64,000 nt of DNA from Eledone cirrhosa (Eukaryota), in NCBI GenBank assembly GCA_964016885.1, contig OZ024744.1:124496001-124560000 (forward strand), given 5' to 3'. The position numbers and the translations under genes were made by a program. The notes below the pieces were generated by a model. It worked only from the letters and a program-made list of their open reading frames with translations. It was not told where the DNA came from and searched no databases. Each line of letters begins with the position of its first letter. The first letter of the stretch is position 1. Positions 61,201 to 64,000 of the stretch are shown piece by piece.

Positions 61201-64000
61201 GCCTTAGGCCTGTGGTTGGGATTTAAATGTAAGTCTAAGGCTTGGGTTTGTCATTTAAGGTTAAGTCTAAGGCTAGGATTTGGGTATCAAGTCTGAGTCT
61301 AAGGCTTGGGGTTGGGGTTCAAGTCTAAGTCTTGGGGTTAGGGCTTAAATCTAAGGCTTGGTGTTGGGGATTAAGTCTAAGTCTAATGCTTGTGGTTGTG
61401 CTTTATGTCTAAGTCTAAGGCTTTGGGTTCGGGGTAAGTCTAAGCCTGAGGCTTGGGGTTCGGGTTTAAATCTAAGGCTTGGGGTTGGGGTTTAAGTCTA
61501 AGTCAAAGGCTTGGGGTTGTGGTTCATGTCAAAGGCTTGCGGTTGGGGTCTAAGTCCAAGTCTAAGGATTTGGGTTTGAGTTTAAGTCTAAGTCTAAAGG
61601 CTTGGTGTTGGGGTTTAATTCTAAGTCTAAGACTTGTGGTTGGGGTGTATGTCTAACTCTAAGGCATTGCGTTAGGGTTTAAATCTAAGTTTAAGGCTTA
61701 GGGTTGTGGTTCAAGTCTAAAGCTAAGGCTTGGCGTTTATGTTTAAGTCTAAGGCTTGGGCTTAGGGTTTAAGTTTAAGTCTAAAACCTGGTTTTGGGTT
61801 TTAAGTCCAAGTCTAGGCTTTGGGTTTGGGTTTAAGTCTAAGTCTAAGGCTTGGGATTGGGGTTTAAGTCTAAGTCTAAGGCTTTGGGTTTAGGTTTAAG
61901 TCTAAGTCTAAGTCTTGTGGTTGGGGTTTAAATCTAAGACTTGTGGTTCGGTGTTAAGTCTACGTCTAAGTCTTTGGTTCGGGTTTAAGTCTAAGTCTAA
62001 GGCTTAGAGTTGGGATTTAAATGTAAGTCTAAGGCTTCCGGTCGGGATGTAAGGTTATGTCTAAGGCTATGAGTTGGGGCTCATGTCTAAGTCTAAGGTT
62101 TGGGGTTGGTGTTCAAGTCTAAATCTAAGGCTTGGCGTTGGGGTTTTAAGTCTAAGTCGGAGGCATTGGGGTTGGATTTAAGTCTAAGTCAAAGGCTTCG
62201 GGTTGGGATTTAATTCGAAGTCTAAGACTTGGGGATGGGGTTTAAGTTTAAGTCTTGGGGTTAGGGATTAAATCTAAGGCCTGGTGTTGGGGTTTAAGTC
62301 TAAGTATAAGGCTTTGGGTTGATGTTTAAATCTAAGTCTAAGGCTTGGGGTTGGTGTGTAAATCTAAGTCTAAGGCTTGGGGTTGGGGTTTAAGTCTAAT
62401 TCTAAGGCTTTAGGTTGAGGTTTAAGACTAAGTCTAAGGCTTATGTTTGAGGTTTAAGTCTAATTCTAAGGCTTGTGGTTGGGGTTTAAGTCGAAGCCTA
62501 AGAATTGCGGTTGGAGTTTAAGTCTAAGTTTAGGGCTTGGGGTTGGGATTTAAGTGGAAGTTTAAGGCTTGTGGTTCGGGTTTAAGTCTAAGTCAAAGGC
62601 TTGGGATTCAGGTTAACGTCTAAGTCTAAGGCTTGGGTTGGGGTTTAAGTCTAAGTTTTGGGATTAGGGTTTAAATCTAAGACTTGGTGTTAGGGTTTAA
62701 GTCTAAGTCTAATGCTTGTGGTTGGGGTTTATGTCTAAGTCTAAGGATTGGGGTTGGGGTTTAAATCCAAGTCTAAGGCTTTGGGTTTGGGTTTAAGTCT
62801 AAAGCTAAGGCTTGGGGTTGGGGTTTAAGTCTACGTCTAAAGCTTTGGGGTTGGGGTTTAAATCTAAGTCTAAGGCTTTGAGTTGATGTTTAAATCTAAA
62901 TCTAAGACGTTGGGTTGAGGTTTAAGTCTAAGTCTAAGGCTTGGGTTGGGGTTTAAGTCTACGTCTAAAGCTTTGGGGTTGGGGTTTAAATCTAAGTCTA
63001 AGGCTTTGAGTTGATGTTTAAATTTAAATCTAAGACGTTGGGTTGAGGTTTAAGTCTGAGTCTAACGCTTGTGGTTGGGGTTTCTGTCTAAGTCTAAGGC
63101 TTGGGGTTGGGGTTTAAGTCTAAATCTAAGGCTTAGGGTTGGGATCTAAATCTAAGTCTAAGCATTGGGGTTGGGGTTTAAATCTAAGTCTAAGGCTTTG
63201 AGTTGATGTTTAAATCTAAATCTAAGACGTTGGGTTGAGGTTTAAGTCTAAGTCTAAGGCTTGGGTTGTGGTTTAAGTCTAAGTCTTGGGATTAGTGCTT
63301 AAATCTAAGGCTTGGTGTTAGCGTTTATGTCTAAGCCTAATGCTTGTTGTTGGGGTTTATGTCTAAGCATAAGGCTTGGGGTTGGGGTTTAAGTCTACGT
63401 CTAAGGCTTTGGGTTGGGGTCTAACTCTAAGTCTAAGACTTGGGGTTGGGATTTAAGTCTAAAGCTTGGGGTTAGGGTTTCATGCTAAGGCTTGGAGTTG
63501 GGGTTTAATCTAAGACTAAGGCTTGGGTTTGGGTTTCAGTCTAAGCCTAAGTCTTGGGGTTGGGATTTAAGACTAAGTGTAAAGCTTGGGGTTGTGGTTT
63601 AAGTGTAAGTCTAAGGATTTGGGTTGAGGTTTAAATCTATGTCTAAGGCTTGGGATTGGGGTCTAAATCTAAGTCAATGGCTTGGGATTCGGGTTAACAT
63701 CTAAGTCTAAGGCTTTGGGTTTGGGTTTAAGTCTAAGTCTAAGGTTTGGGGTTGGTGTGTAAATCTAAGTCTAAGGCTTGGGGTTGGGGTTTAAGTCTAA
63801 TTCTAAGGCTTTAGGTTGAGGTTTAAGTCTAAGTCCAAGGCTTAGGTTTGAGGTTTAAATCTAATTCTAAGGCTTGTGGTTGGGGTTTAAGTCGAAGCCT
63901 AAGAATTGCGGTTGGGGTTTAAGTCTAAGTTTAGGGCTTGGGGTTGGGATTTAAGTGGAAGTTTAAGGCTTGTCGTTCGGGTTTAAGTCTAAGTCAAAGG
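58220..64000 (+). repeat. Telomere-like (probably subtelomeric) satellite with ~32-bp core unit, running off the window end
   Basis: Consensus GTCTAAGTCTAAGGCTTGGGGTTGGGGTTTAA with 26- and 20-bp variants differing by hexamers. TTAGGG is scattered through it, and the + strand is strongly G/T biased. Confidence 0.9.

Noticed and set aside
61453-61656. ORF within the satellite
   Set aside because: It is a chance open frame in a tandem repeat.
58220-64000. True telomere tract
   Set aside because: There is no pure (TTAGGG)n run; units are composite and diverged, and the chromosome end is not visible.

Overview
This is eukaryotic, AT-rich, microsatellite-dense DNA. Its repeat content and YHCDICGKSFS-type zinc fingers point to an octopus or other coleoid cephalopod (inference). 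Host genes are sparse: the last coding exon of PIK3R4/VPS15 (764-965, absent from the ORF track), an orphan MMP catalytic exon with a broken acceptor, and a frameshifted C2H2 zinc-finger gene. Most of the rest is mobile DNA: five RTE LINEs, two Tx1/L1-clade LINEs, four GIY-YIG Penelope-like elements (PLEs; two are kb-scale fold-backs), a Helitron, Merlin/piggyBac/Tc1-mariner-type DNA elements, tRNA-derived SINEs and LINE-derived minisatellites. The last ~5.8 kb is a TTGGGG/TTAGGG-containing satellite that looks subtelomeric. The most notable signals are: 13 type-I hammerhead ribozyme motifs from about 9 sequence families; a non-coding element with two tandem ribozymes (retrozyme/circRNA candidate); a 34-39 nt intron-like spacer between ORF1 and ORF2 in both Tx1-like LINEs; and a PHD finger inserted inside the RTE reverse transcriptase. 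Everything was read by eye with no searches run, so element boundaries are approximate.
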